DNA of 64,000 nt from an uncultured Actinomycetes bacterium (GTDB lineage: Bacteria > Actinomycetota > Acidimicrobiia > Acidimicrobiales > JACCXE01). Location of the stretch: contig OY970363.1 in the NCBI GenBank assembly GCA_963718605.1, positions 50,404 through 114,403 of the forward strand. Direction: 5' to 3'. This document shows positions 28,600-39,147 of the stretch, in pieces (the stretch's first letter is position 1; every line of letters begins with the position of its first letter). The position numbers were made by a program, and so were the translations under genes. The notes under the pieces were generated by a model that saw nothing but the letters and a program-made list of their open reading frames with translations, ran no database searches and had not been told where the DNA came from.

Positions 28600-30059
28600 C
28601 ATGCCAGTTCGGTTTCCCAGTCGCGGGTCTCGAGGATCTCGCGGATGGCGGCGAGGAACGCGGCGGCGTAGGCCCCGTCGAACGCACGGTGGTCCCACGA
28701 GAGCGCGAGGTTGCCGACGTGGTGCACCGCGATCGCGTAGGTGCCGTCTTCGAGCGGCACCGCGACGGGCTTGGGCTTCACACCGTCGGTCGACAAGATC
28801 GCCACCTGCGGCTGATTGATGATCGGGCCCGTGATGAACGTGCCGTAACCACCGGCGTTGGTGATCGTGAACGTGCCGTCGCTGATGTCGTCGGCGCCGA
28901 GCTTCTTGTTGCGAGCGCGGCCGGCGAGGTCGGCGATCTCATGCGCCAGCGCCCGAAGCCGCTTCGTGTCGGCATCATGGACGACCGGCACGATCAGGCC
29001 TTCGAAGTTGAGGTCGACGGCGATCCCGACGTTCACGTAGTTGTGCTGGATCAGTTCGTCGTTGCCGACCGACGCGTTGGCGTGCGGGAACTCGCGTAGG
29101 GCGTCGACCACCGCGCGCGCAATGAACGGCAGGTAGCTGAGGCTCACGCCCTCCTGCTGCTTGAACGCGTCCTTCTGCTTCGCCCGGACCTTCTCGACGT
29201 TCTCGTAGTCGACTTCCGTGACCACAAGAGTGTGTGCGCTCGTTGCCAACGACCGCACCATGTGCTCGGCCGTACGGCGCCGAATATTGCTGAACGGAAT
29301 CGCGGTGTCACGTTCTCCGGCCCGAGGCGCCGGCGCCGCCGCCGCGGCGGCGGCGGGCGCAGGAGCGGGGGCGGCGGGCGCGGCGGGCGCCGCGGGAGCG
29401 GCAGGTGCCGCCGGTGCAGCAGCGGGAGCCGCCGCGGGAGCGCCGCCCTTAGCCTGCTGGTCGATAGCGCCCAGTACGTCATTACGCGTGATGCGCCCCC
29501 CGGCACCGGTCCCCTTGATCTGCGCGGCATCGAGATTGTTCTCAGTCAACAGCTTGCGCACGACGGGCGACAACACCGCGGAAGGCCCACCATTCGACGA
29601 TGCCGAGGCGGCAGGCGCCGCGGCAGCGGGTGCCGGCGCAGCGGCAGGTTCCGGCGAAGGCGCCTCAGAAACGGGAGCGTCGACGACAGCCGGTTCTTCG
29701 ACTGGAGCAGGAGCAGGCTCAGCGGCAGGCGGCGGAGGGGAGTCGGCCACGGTGGGGTCGGGTGGGCTGGCCACCGAGGGCGAGCTCCCCTCCGCCGCAG
29801 CAGCCTCGTCCGCGGGTTCTGAACCAGCGTCCCCCACGACAGCCAGCACGGCCCCAACCGGAACTGTCTCGCCCTCGGCCACCACGATCGACGTGATCAC
29901 TCCGGACACCGGCGACGGGACCTCGGAGTCGACCTTGTCGGTCGACACCTCGAAGAGAATCTCGTCCTCTTTGATCGTGTCGCCAACCGCCTTGGCCCAA
30001 CGCGTGATCGTGCCCTCGGTGACGGTTTCACCCAGTTGGGGCATCGTGATGTCAGCCAT
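28599..30059 (-). CDS. dlaT: 2-oxoacid dehydrogenase E2 dihydrolipoamide acyltransferase (DlaT/SucB-type)
   Basis: STDKVDSE lipoyl domain, E3-binding GTGAGGRITRND, DHRAFDG. Confidence 0.92.
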   Translation of the reverse strand: MADITMPQLGETVTEGTITRWAKAVGDTIKEDEILFEVSTDKVDSEVPSPVSGVITSIVVAEGETVPVGAVLAVVGDAGSEPADEAAAAEGSSPSVASPPDPTVADSPPPPAAEPAPAPVEEPAVVDAPVSEAPSPEPAAAPAPAAAAPAASASSNGGPSAVLSPVVRKLLTENNLDAAQIKGTGAGGRITRNDVLGAIDQQAKGGAPAAAPAAAPAAPAAPAAPAAPAAPAPAPAAAAAAAPAPRAGERDTAIPFSNIRRRTAEHMVRSLATSAHTLVVTEVDYENVEKVRAKQKDAFKQQEGVSLSYLPFIARAVVDALREFPHANASVGNDELIQHNYVNVGIAVDLNFEGLIVPVVHDADTKRLRALAHEIADLAGRARNKKLGADDISDGTFTITNAGGYGTFITGPIINQPQVAILSTDGVKPKPVAVPLEDGTYAIAVHHVGNLALSWDHRAFDGAYAAAFLAAIREILETRDWETELA

Positions 30060-31476
30060 GCAGGCCTCTCCCGGTTAGAGCGAGCACGGTTTCACCGAAG
30101 AGTTCGGACAGGCTCGGGTGCGGTTGGATGAACGCGCTCACTTCGTCGACGGTCGCTTCCCAGTTGACGGCGAGGTAGCCCTGGCCGAGTTGCTCGGTGA
30201 CCCACGGCCCGGCCATGTGGACGCCGATGATCTTGCCGGCCTTGCCGTTGGCGTCCTTCTCGGCGATCACCTTCACGAGGCCTTCGGTCTCACCGACGAT
30301 GATCGCGCGGCCGTTACCGATGAACTTGTGCTTGGACACCGCGATGTCGACACCTGCCTCTTTTGCGGCGGCCTCGGTCATGCCGCAGTACGCGACCTCG
30401 GGATGTGTGTAGATGCACATCGGGACCTTCGAGTAGTCGACGGGCATCGCTGGTTCGCCCAGGATCGTCTTGATCACGAGGATGCCTTCGATGAAGCCCA
30501 CGTGCGCGAGCTGTGGGTGCACCTTGACACCGTCGACCGCGATGAGATCACCGAGCGCGTAGACGTTCGGCGCGCTCGTGCGCATCCATGGATCGACCGT
30601 TACGAAGCCGCGCTCGTCCACCGCGACCTTCGAGCCCTCGCCGAGCAGGCCGTCGCTGAGCGGACGGCGACCTACCGACATCACGATCACGTCTGCAGTG
30701 ATCGTCTCGTTTTCGCCGTAGGTGATCACCGTTTGCTTGCCGTCGGCTGTGGGCGTGTGGCCCTTCACTTCGACGCCGGTTTTCACGTCGATGCCGCGCT
30801 TCTTGAACGAGCGCGCGACCACGTCGGCGGCGTCTTTGTCGCAGCCGGTGAGGATCTGCGGGAGGAATTCGAGGACGGTCGTTTGCACGCCCAGGTCGGC
30901 GAGCGCGCTGGCGAACTCACAGCCGATCGCGCCGCCGCCAACCACCACGGCCGAGGTCGGGAGCGTGTCGAGCATGAGGACTTCGTCCGACGTCATGACG
31001 AACTTTCCGTCGATGTCGAAGCCGGGCAGCGTGCGCGGAACGGATCCGGCGCACAGCAGCGTGTTGGTGCCTTGCAGTTCGGTGCCGTCGGCCTCGCCGC
31101 CGCTGACGCGCGTGATGCCGTCGGCGTCGAGCCGACCGGTGCCGATGAAGGTGGTGATCTTGCGCTGCTTCATGAGGCCTTGCAGGCCCTTCCACAGTTG
31201 ATCCACCACCTTCTGCTTGCGGGCCTGGCTGGTGGCGAACTCGATCGTCGGCTGGTCCGAGATGACGCCAAAGTCCTTCGAGTGACTCACGGTGCGATAC
31301 ACCGACGCCGTTTCGAGGTACTCCTTGGCCGGGATGCACCCGCGATGCAGGCACGTCCCTCCCACCTTTTCTTTCTCGACAACGGCGACGCTCAGGCCCG
31401 CACTCGCGCCGTAAAGCGCGGCCGCGTATCCAGCCGGTCCACCGCCGATAACGACCAGGTCGAACTGTTCAGCCAC
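30052..31476 (-). CDS. lpdA: Dihydrolipoamide dehydrogenase
   Basis: GGGPAG, GGTCLHRGCIP, HPSLSE. Confidence 0.95.
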   Translation of the reverse strand: MAEQFDLVVIGGGPAGYAAALYGASAGLSVAVVEKEKVGGTCLHRGCIPAKEYLETASVYRTVSHSKDFGVISDQPTIEFATSQARKQKVVDQLWKGLQGLMKQRKITTFIGTGRLDADGITRVSGGEADGTELQGTNTLLCAGSVPRTLPGFDIDGKFVMTSDEVLMLDTLPTSAVVVGGGAIGCEFASALADLGVQTTVLEFLPQILTGCDKDAADVVARSFKKRGIDVKTGVEVKGHTPTADGKQTVITYGENETITADVIVMSVGRRPLSDGLLGEGSKVAVDERGFVTVDPWMRTSAPNVYALGDLIAVDGVKVHPQLAHVGFIEGILVIKTILGEPAMPVDYSKVPMCIYTHPEVAYCGMTEAAAKEAGVDIAVSKHKFIGNGRAIIVGETEGLVKVIAEKDANGKAGKIIGVHMAGPWVTEQLGQGYLAVNWEATVDEVSAFIQPHPSLSELFGETVLALTGRGLHG

Positions 31477-31509
31477 GGCTCTGAGCCTATCTGCGTGGCT
31501 GGAGGGCTC

Positions 31510-31602
31510 TTACTTGGCCGCGAGAACCAATTGAATCGTGAACGCGATCACGATGACCACGCCGCACAGCAGCGCTAAAGCAATCAAGACCCGGGTAGGC
31601 AC
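31510..31602 (-). CDS. 30-aa single-pass membrane peptide (not in ORF track)
   Basis: [36 protein letters not shown]; TACGTT -10 box 6 nt upstream. Confidence 0.6.
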   Translation of the reverse strand: MPTRVLIALALLCGVVIVIAFTIQLVLAAK

Positions 31603-31623
31603 CCCGGTAACGTACGCCTTGGA

Positions 31624-32394
31624 ATGAGCAACGACCCACTTGTGATCGCCGGACGCACGTTCGGTTCGCGGCTCTTTTTGGGGACGGGCAAGTTCCCGTC
31701 CAACAATTCGCTGCGCGATGCAATCAAAGCCTCGGGCACCGAGATGGTCACCGTGGCTATGCGGCGGGCCGACCCGTCCGCCGATGACGACATCGTCGAC
31801 GCGATCCCGTCGTCCGTGTTGCTGCTCACAAACACCAGCGGTGCGATGAACGCGGACGAGGCCGTGCGCATCGCGCGTTCGGCGCGCGCCGCCGGCTACC
31901 CGGACTGGATCAAGCTCGAGCTCACCCCCGAGCCGCGGTACCTGCTGCCTGACGGGGTCGAGACGCTGGCCGCGGCCGAGAAGCTCGTGGCCGAAGGCTT
32001 CACCGTGTTGCCGTATGTCAACGCCGACCCCGTGTTGTGCAAGCGGCTCGAAGAAGTCGGGTGCGCCACTGTGATGCCGCTCGGTTCATGGATCGGTTCG
32101 AATCAAGGCCTGCGCACGCGGGGCGCGCTGGAAATCATCGTCGAACAGGCGCGTGTGCCCGTGGTGGTCGACGCCGGTCTGGGTGCGCCCTCGCACGCTG
32201 CCGAAGCGATGGAGTTGGGCGCCGACGCGGTGCTTGTGAATACAGCGATCGGCACCGCGTGGGACCCGGCCGCGATGGCCGACGCGTTTCGCATGGCCAC
32301 CATCGCGGGACGACTCGGTTACGTGTCGGGGTTGGCACCGTCGCGGCGGTCCGCTGACGCCTCGTCCCCCCTCACAGGGTTCTTGGAGTCATGA
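31624..32394 (+). CDS. thiG: Thiazole synthase
   Basis: [33 protein letters not shown]. Confidence 0.96.
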   Translation: MSNDPLVIAGRTFGSRLFLGTGKFPSNNSLRDAIKASGTEMVTVAMRRADPSADDDIVDAIPSSVLLLTNTSGAMNADEAVRIARSARAAGYPDWIKLELTPEPRYLLPDGVETLAAAEKLVAEGFTVLPYVNADPVLCKRLEEVGCATVMPLGSWIGSNQGLRTRGALEIIVEQARVPVVVDAGLGAPSHAAEAMELGADAVLVNTAIGTAWDPAAMADAFRMATIAGRLGYVSGLAPSRRSADASSPLTGFLES

Positions 32395-33557
32395 CCACCG
32401 CGTTGCCGGTCGAGTTGCTCTCACGGCCGCGCGAAGTTCCCCCCGACAGCGCGGCCGCGTCGCTGCTGAGGATGGCCGACGAGTTGGCGGCGCTGCGTTC
32501 CCTCGTGAACCGCGCCAGCGACGCCGACGTGTCCCGCGCCCTCGCGCGTCCGCGCCGCGACCTGACAGATTTCGCCGCACTGCTGTCGCCGGCCGCCGCA
32601 CTGCGCCTCGAAGAACTGGCCGTCGCCGCGCGCGACACCACGCTGGCGCGTTTCGGTCGGGCCCGCACCTTGTTCGCGCCGCTGTACGTGTCGAACGAGT
32701 GCGTGTCGATCTGCACGTACTGCGGGTTCTCCGCAGGCAACGAGGTGGCGCGGCGCACATTGTCGGTCGACGAAGTCGTCGCCGAAGCACGCGAACTCGC
32801 GAGGCGCGGATTCCGTCATGTGCTGCTCGTGGCCGGTGAACACGCGCGGATCGTGTCGAAGGATTACTTGGTCGAGTGCGTGGCCGCCGTCTCGGAGTGC
32901 ATGGCCCACGTCGCGGTAGAGGTGCAGGTGTGGGACGAGCCAACCTACGTGCGGCTTGTAAACGCCGGCGCCGACGGCGTGGTCGTCTACCAGGAGACTT
33001 ACGACCGGGGCACCTACGCCGACGTGCACCTGCTCGGCAAGAAGCGCAACTACGAGTGGCGCCTCGCCGCACCTGACCGTGCCGCCGCCGCCGGGGCGCG
33101 TCGGCTCGGCATCGGCGCGTTACTTGGTCTGCACGGAGACTGGCGCGCCGAGGCGTTGTACGTCGCCGCGCACGCTCGCGAACTTATGCACCGCTGGTGG
33201 CGGGCCGAGGTGTCGGTCGCGGTCCCGCGGCTGCGTCCCGCGGCCGGCGACTACGAGCCGCTCGATCCGGTTGACGACCGCGCGTTCACGCAGCTCATCT
33301 GCGCGCTGCGGTTGTTCTTGCCCGACCTCGGCATTTCCCTGTCGACCCGCGAGCCCGCGCACCTCCGCGACGCGTTGGTGCCGCTGGGCGTGACCAACCT
33401 GTCCGCCGGCTCGCACACCGAGCCCGGCGGATACGCGAGTGAGAGCCACGCCGAGCCCCAGTTCGAAATCAGCGATACCCGGTCCCCCGCCGAGTTCGCG
33501 GACGCGTTGCGGGCGATGGGATACGACCCGGTCTGGAAAGACTGGACCCGGATCTGA
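32391..33557 (+). CDS. thiH: 2-iminoacetate synthase (radical SAM tyrosine lyase)
   Basis: [42 protein letters not shown]. Confidence 0.93.
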   Translation: MTTALPVELLSRPREVPPDSAAASLLRMADELAALRSLVNRASDADVSRALARPRRDLTDFAALLSPAAALRLEELAVAARDTTLARFGRARTLFAPLYVSNECVSICTYCGFSAGNEVARRTLSVDEVVAEARELARRGFRHVLLVAGEHARIVSKDYLVECVAAVSECMAHVAVEVQVWDEPTYVRLVNAGADGVVVYQETYDRGTYADVHLLGKKRNYEWRLAAPDRAAAAGARRLGIGALLGLHGDWRAEALYVAAHARELMHRWWRAEVSVAVPRLRPAAGDYEPLDPVDDRAFTQLICALRLFLPDLGISLSTREPAHLRDALVPLGVTNLSAGSHTEPGGYASESHAEPQFEISDTRSPAEFADALRAMGYDPVWKDWTRI

Positions 33558-34396
33558 CCGACTACTACGCCGTGCTTGGGGTAGCGCGCGACGCCTCACA
33601 CGACACCATCCACCGCGCGTACCGGGTGCTCGCCCGCCGGCTGCACCCCGACGTGGCCGCGGCGCACGGCACGGACGCCAACGACATGGCCGCGGTCAAC
33701 GAGGCCTGGGAAGTCCTCGGTGACGAGCGGAGTCGCGCCGAGTACGACCACTCGCTCGGGATAGAGAAACGTGAGGTCACGTTCTTTCTCGAGCCGGAGC
33801 CGCCCCGAGGTTTTGGCCCCATCGGCCGCTTCGCGTACGCGAAGAGCCTTGGGTGGCTGCGCAGCGATCCGGAGCGCGACAACAAATGGCAGATGGCGCT
33901 GCGCGCACTCTCGCAGGATCTCTCGGCCCTCGATGAGTTGGACGATCGCGACCTGTGGCGGCTCGACCTCCGGCGTAGTGCCGCGGGCGACGAACAAGTG
34001 CGCGCCCTGACTCGTTTCAAGAGCCTGGAGGAGCTGCAATTGGGCAACACCGCTGCGACGGAGGCGTGCGTGCCCGCCCTGCTGGAGCTTCCTCACTTGC
34101 GCGTGCTCGACGTCGACTGTTGCCCGATCACCGACGACGGGTTGCGCCAGCTGGCATCGATCAAGACGCTCGAGGAGCTATTGCTCTTTGACACGCGGGT
34201 GACCGACGCCGGCATGGAGTCGCTCGCCTTTCACCCTGAACTCGCGGTACTCGACCTGCGAGACACCGAGGTCACCCGGGACGGCGTCGTCCCCTTACTG
34301 ACGATGCCGGAACTCCACGAACTCCGCTTGCCCCGGCGAGCGCATCACGGCCTCCACCAGATGCGCAAAATCCGGCCCGACGTCCGCGTGATCTAG
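33554..34396 (+). CDS. J-domain protein fused to leucine-rich repeats
   Basis: TDYYAVLGV...LHPD...VNEAWEVL, then about five LxxLxLxxTxVTDxG-type repeats; probable CTG start at 33554 (track start 33572). Confidence 0.8.
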   Translation: MTDYYAVLGVARDASHDTIHRAYRVLARRLHPDVAAAHGTDANDMAAVNEAWEVLGDERSRAEYDHSLGIEKREVTFFLEPEPPRGFGPIGRFAYAKSLGWLRSDPERDNKWQMALRALSQDLSALDELDDRDLWRLDLRRSAAGDEQVRALTRFKSLEELQLGNTAATEACVPALLELPHLRVLDVDCCPITDDGLRQLASIKTLEELLLFDTRVTDAGMESLAFHPELAVLDLRDTEVTRDGVVPLLTMPELHELRLPRRAHHGLHQMRKIRPDVRVI

Positions 34397-34403
34397 GCCG
34401 CCG

Positions 34404-34802
34404 TCAGAGGTTGCCGCTGAACCGCAGCGCGATCGTGGCGGCGCCAACGGCTAGGCCGACGAACGAGTAGGCCGACAAGACCGACTGCCGCACGAGGACC
34501 GACGACGCGTGCGCGGCTCTCGCGTTGCGATACGAGTACACGGCGGCGAGCGGTGCGGCCAGGCCGACCGCAGCCCACAACAGGGCGAGCCTGTACTCGG
34601 GCGGCTCGCCGCCTGCGAGCGTGATCGCCTCAATCAATGGACCCGCAACGACGACGATCGTCACGATCAACGCGAGCGCGACCGACGCGCCCGCCGGTGT
34701 TGGCGCCTTGGGCGCCGGCTGTCTACCGAACGCTTGGCGAATCCGTGCTCGCGCCGCCCGCGCCACGATCACAGTGACCCCGATCAGCAGCACGTACTTC
34801 AT
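34404..34802 (-). CDS. Hypothetical membrane protein
   Basis: ORF with about four hydrophobic segments. Confidence 0.55.
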   Translation of the reverse strand: MKYVLLIGVTVIVARAARARIRQAFGRQPAPKAPTPAGASVALALIVTIVVVAGPLIEAITLAGGEPPEYRLALLWAAVGLAAPLAAVYSYRNARAAHASSVLVRQSVLSAYSFVGLAVGAATIALRFSGNL

Positions 34803-34820
34803 CCACCGGCATTCTCGCCG

Positions 34821-34869
34821 CACTTCCGGTCAAGTCGCGTCGCCTAGCGACGCAAAGTAACCAGAAGTG
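34821..34869. repeat. REP-like palindrome family B, copy 2 (inverted relative to copy 1)
   Basis: CACTTCCGG...GCGTCGC-CTA-GCGACGC...CCAGAAGTG. Confidence 0.75.
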
Positions 34870-34877
34870 CCGACCGG

Positions 34878-35150
34878 TTACTTCTGGCAGCGGGGGTCGT
34901 TGGGCGCGACCGCGAGCGCGCCGTACGCCGAGTTGCTCTTGAACACGACGTAGACGCGGTTGGGTCCGTCGCATTTGGACGACACGTTCGAGAACCCGTC
35001 GGGCATCGTGATGATGTCGGCCGGGCCGTTGTTGGTAGCGCCGCGAGGCGCATCCTTGAACCGCTCCGTGATCTTGCCGAGGCCGGTGTTACAGGCTCCG
35101 CCGAGCAACGCGGCACCGGCGACGATCAGGGCAACCTTCTTCTTGGACAT
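34878..35150 (-). CDS. Small lipoprotein
   Basis: MSKKK, hydrophobic stretch, LGGAC lipobox; MPDGFSNVSSKCDG...NDPRC. Confidence 0.75.
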   Translation of the reverse strand: MSKKKVALIVAGAALLGGACNTGLGKITERFKDAPRGATNNGPADIITMPDGFSNVSSKCDGPNRVYVVFKSNSAYGALAVAPNDPRCQK

Positions 35151-35185
35151 GGTGAACATGCCCGAGGTTTAGCAACAGGCGCAGG

Positions 35186-35953
35186 TCATTTCGGTGGCAT
35201 GCGGATACCGCCGTCGAGACGGATTACTTCGCCGTTGAGGTAGGTGTTGTCGACCATCTGCATGACGAGGTTGGCGAACTCGTCGGGGATGCCGAGCCGC
35301 TTCGGGTACAGCACGCTGTCGCCGAGCGACTTGCGGGCCGGCTCGGGCAGCATCGCCAGCAGCGGCGTGTCCATCAGGCCGGGCGCGATCGTGTTCACGC
35401 GAATGTTCACCGCGGCAAGGTCGCGGGCGGCGGGCAGCGTCATACCGACCACCCCGCCCTTAGTCGCCGAGTATGCGAGCTGACCGATCTGGCCGTCGAA
35501 GGCGGCTACTGACGCCGTGTTGACGATCACGCCGCGGTCACCCGAAGGCGTCGGATCTGTCGCCGCGATCTTCGACGCCGCGAGCGACATGACGTTGAAG
35601 GTGCCGATCAGGTTGATCCCAACCAGCATGTTGAACATCTTCGGATCGTGCGGGCTGTTGTCTTTGTTGATCGTGCGCACCGCGATGCCGAGACCGGCGC
35701 AGTTCACGCAGACGCGCAAGTCGCCCGCCGCCGCGGCTTGGTCGACCGCCGCGCTGCACTCGTCGTATTTCGTGACGTCGGCCTGCGCGAAGTTCGTGCC
35801 TCCCCCGAGTTCCTTGACCAGCGCGTCGCCGGCCTCCGCGTTGCGGTCGAGGATGGTTACGGCCACGCCGGCCGCGTGCAGACGACGCGTGGTGGCCTCA
35901 CCGAGACCCGACGCGCCACCCGTGACAATTGCTGATGCACCCTGGAGTTCCAT
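35186..35953 (-). CDS. SDR, 3-hydroxyacyl-CoA dehydrogenase type II-like
   Basis: TGGASGLG, VNCAG, YSATKGG, LNGEVIRLDG. Confidence 0.92.
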   Translation of the reverse strand: MELQGASAIVTGGASGLGEATTRRLHAAGVAVTILDRNAEAGDALVKELGGGTNFAQADVTKYDECSAAVDQAAAAGDLRVCVNCAGLGIAVRTINKDNSPHDPKMFNMLVGINLIGTFNVMSLAASKIAATDPTPSGDRGVIVNTASVAAFDGQIGQLAYSATKGGVVGMTLPAARDLAAVNIRVNTIAPGLMDTPLLAMLPEPARKSLGDSVLYPKRLGIPDEFANLVMQMVDNTYLNGEVIRLDGGIRMPPK

Positions 35954-35969
35954 GGGGGCACGGTAACCG

Positions 35970-36410
35970 TCACTTGTCGCCTGAAGCGCCTCGCTGCGAG
36001 TGCGACGCGGCCACGGCGAGCTCGTCGACGCGCAGGTTCATCGGGTCGGTGCCGTGGCCCTTCACCCACTTGAACGCGATCTCGTCGATACGGGCGCGAT
36101 ACAGATCGATCAGCGGCTCCCACAAGTCGCGATTGGCGACGGGCTTCTTGGCGCTGTTGGTCCAACCCCGCGCCAACCAGTTCACCCACCACTTGTCGCG
36201 GAAGCAGTTCACGACGTACGTGGAGTCGCTCACGATCGTGATCGCGCCGGGGTTGGCGAGCAGCGCCTGCAGGACGGCGTTGACTTCCATGCGCTGATTG
36301 GTGGACGGGTTTTCGGCGCCGGACGCCCACGGCCCCGTGATGTCCGCCCACGCCCATCCCCCGGGCCCGGGGTTTCCTCGGCACGCGCCGTCTGTATACA
36401 CAGTCTTCAT
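35970..36410 (-). CDS. rnhA: Ribonuclease HI
   Basis: [34 protein letters not shown]. Confidence 0.95.
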   Translation of the reverse strand: MKTVYTDGACRGNPGPGGWAWADITGPWASGAENPSTNQRMEVNAVLQALLANPGAITIVSDSTYVVNCFRDKWWVNWLARGWTNSAKKPVANRDLWEPLIDLYRARIDEIAFKWVKGHGTDPMNLRVDELAVAASHSQRGASGDK

Positions 36411-36447
36411 CGGACTGCGGAACCTACCGGTGGGTAACGCCTTTACG

Positions 36448-39147
36448 ATGGATCACGTGATTTTCGACGGCTTTAGCCATCAACTTCCCGACACCGACCC
36501 CTCGGAAACGTCTGAGTGGATGGAGAGTTTCGACGCGATTGTCGAGACCCACGGAAAGAGCCGCGCCCGTTTCCTGCTGATGAAGTTGCTCGAGCGCGCT
36601 CGCGCGCAGCAGATCGGCTTCCCGGCGACCGTGTCGACGCCGTACATCAACACGATTCCGCGCGACGCGGAACCGTGGTTCCCCGGCGACGAGCACATCG
36701 AACGTCGGATCCGCGCGTTCATCCGTTGGAACGCAGCGGTGATGGTGACGCGGGCCAACGCGCGCAGTGAAGGCATCGGCGGCCACCTGTCCACATTCGC
36801 GTCGAGCGCGTCGCTCTACGAAGTCGGCTTCAACCACTTCTTCCGCGGCAAAGACGACGGCCAATTCGGCGACCAGGTCTTCTTCCAGGGCCACGCCGCG
36901 CCGGGCATCTACGCGCGGGCCTTCCTCGAAGGCCGCATCACCGAAGGCCAACTCGACGGATTCCGTACCGAGATTGGTGGCCTCGGGCTATCGAGCTACC
37001 CCCATCCACGGCTGATGCCGGACTTCTGGGAGTTCCCAACGGTCTCGATGGGCCTCGGCCCGCTGCAGGCGATCTATCAAGCCCGCTTCAACCGCTACCT
37101 CGTGAACCGCGAGATCGCGGACACGAGCAAGGCGAAGGTGTGGTGTTTCGTCGGCGACGGCGAAACCGATGAACCCGAAACACTCGGCGCGCTGTCGCTG
37201 GCCGCGCGCGAAGGGCTCGACAATCTGATCTTCGTCGTGAACTGCAACCTGCAACGCCTCGACGGCCCGGTGCGCGGCAACGGCAAGATCATCCAAGAAC
37301 TGGAAGCGGTGTTTCGCGGCGCCGGCTGGAACGTCATCAAGGTCATCTGGGGCTCCAAGTGGGACGATCTGCTCGCCCGCGACACCGACGGCGTGCTGCT
37401 CAACCAGATGAACACCACGGTGGACGGAGCGTTCCAGAAGTACGCAGTTTCAGACGGCGCCTACATCCGCGACCATTTCTTCGGGCCGGACCCGCGGCTG
37501 CGCAAGATCGTCGAGCACCTCACCGACGACGAGATCCACGCGCTGCCCCGCGGCGGCCACGACTACCGCAAGCTCTTCGCCGCGTACAAGGCCGCCGTCG
37601 AGCACGAGGGCACGCCGACGGTGATCTTGGCCAAGACCATCAAGGGTTGGACGCTCGGTCCCGAGATCGAGTCGCGCAACGCCACGCACCAGATCAAGAA
37701 GATGAACAAGGCGCAGCTGATGGTCATGCGCGACACGCTGTACCTGCAGGACGAGATCCCCGAGGCCGCGCTCGACGAGAAGCTGCCGCCCTACTACCGG
37801 CCCGCCGACGGCTCGGACATTCACGACTACTTGATGACGCGACGCAAGGCGTTGGACGGGTCGCTGCCCCGCCGCCTCCCGCGCGTCGCGCTGGCGGAAC
37901 TGCCGGCCCCCTCGACGTTCGAGGAATTCATGGGCGGCTCGAAGGCGCAGGCGGTCTCCACCACGATGGCCTTCGCCCGGCTCATCCGAAATCTGCTGCG
38001 CGACAAGGCCATCGGGGAGCGCGTGGTTCCGATCGTGCCCGACGAAGCGCGCACCTTCGGTATGGACGCGCTGTTCAAAGAGTTCGAGATCTACGCGCCG
38101 GGCGGTCAACTCTACGAACCGGTCGACAAAGAACTCCTCCTCTCCTACACCGAGTCGAAGGACGGCCAGATTCTCGAGGAGGGCATCACCGAGGCGGGGT
38201 CGATGTGCTCGTTCACCGCCGCGGGCACGGCTGCCACCACGTGGGGCGCGCCGATGATCCCGTTCTTCATCTTCTATTCGATGTTCGGTTTTCAACGCGT
38301 CGGCGACCTCGCGTGGGCCGCCGGCGACAGCGGCGCACGCGGGTTCCTGCTCGGCGCGACGGCCGGCCGCACCACCTTGAACGGCGAAGGCCTTCAGCAC
38401 CAGGACGGTCACTCATTGCTCTTGGCCTCGACGGTGCCGACCGTCGCCGCCTACGACCCGGCCTTCGCGTACGAAGTGGCCACGATCATCCAGGACGGCA
38501 TTGCTCGAATGTTCGGCCGCGAGAACCGCGACGAGTTCTTCTACATCACGCTCTACAACGAGAACTACGTGATGCCGGCGAAGCCCGCCGGAGTCGATGA
38601 CGGCATTCGCCGCGGTTTGTATCGGTTTGCTGAGGCGCCCGAAGGCCCAAGCCGCGCCGCGACGGTGCTGTTCAGCGGCAGCGCGTCGCAGGCCGCCCTG
38701 GCTGCCCGCGACGCGCTCGCAGCCGACTTCGATGTGGCCGTGGAACTCTGGAGCGCCACGTCGTACAAGGCCCTGCGCGAGGACGCCCTGTCCGTCGACC
38801 GCTCGAATCGGCTGCACCCGTCGCGCCCCTCTGAGGTGCCGTACGTCACCGAGGCACTCGCCAACTCGGACGGACCGATCGTGGCCGTCACCGACTTCAT
38901 GAAGGCGGTACCGGATCAGATCGCGCGCTGGGTGCCGCGCCCGTACACCACGCTCGGCACGGACGGCTTCGGACGCAGCGACACCCGCGAGGCGTTACGC
39001 CGACACTTCGAAGTCGACGCCGCGCACATCGTGGTCGCGGTGCTCAACGCGCTGGCCGCCGAAGGCGCCGCGAAGCCCCAAGAGGTCGAAGCGGCGATCG
39101 AGAAGTACGGCATCAACCGCGACGCCGCGGACCCTCGGCTCGCTTAG
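36448..39147 (+). CDS. aceE: Pyruvate dehydrogenase E1, homodimeric
   Basis: [42 protein letters not shown]. Confidence 0.96.
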   Translation: MDHVIFDGFSHQLPDTDPSETSEWMESFDAIVETHGKSRARFLLMKLLERARAQQIGFPATVSTPYINTIPRDAEPWFPGDEHIERRIRAFIRWNAAVMVTRANARSEGIGGHLSTFASSASLYEVGFNHFFRGKDDGQFGDQVFFQGHAAPGIYARAFLEGRITEGQLDGFRTEIGGLGLSSYPHPRLMPDFWEFPTVSMGLGPLQAIYQARFNRYLVNREIADTSKAKVWCFVGDGETDEPETLGALSLAAREGLDNLIFVVNCNLQRLDGPVRGNGKIIQELEAVFRGAGWNVIKVIWGSKWDDLLARDTDGVLLNQMNTTVDGAFQKYAVSDGAYIRDHFFGPDPRLRKIVEHLTDDEIHALPRGGHDYRKLFAAYKAAVEHEGTPTVILAKTIKGWTLGPEIESRNATHQIKKMNKAQLMVMRDTLYLQDEIPEAALDEKLPPYYRPADGSDIHDYLMTRRKALDGSLPRRLPRVALAELPAPSTFEEFMGGSKAQAVSTTMAFARLIRNLLRDKAIGERVVPIVPDEARTFGMDALFKEFEIYAPGGQLYEPVDKELLLSYTESKDGQILEEGITEAGSMCSFTAAGTAATTWGAPMIPFFIFYSMFGFQRVGDLAWAAGDSGARGFLLGATAGRTTLNGEGLQHQDGHSLLLASTVPTVAAYDPAFAYEVATIIQDGIARMFGRENRDEFFYITLYNENYVMPAKPAGVDDGIRRGLYRFAEAPEGPSRAATVLFSGSASQAALAARDALAADFDVAVELWSATSYKALREDALSVDRSNRLHPSRPSEVPYVTEALANSDGPIVAVTDFMKAVPDQIARWVPRPYTTLGTDGFGRSDTREALRRHFEVDAAHIVVAVLNALAAEGAAKPQEVEAAIEKYGINRDAADPRLA

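Noticed and set aside
29320-29830. GC-rich tandem repeats inside dlaT
   Set aside because: They encode the normal Ala/Pro linkers of E2 subunits.
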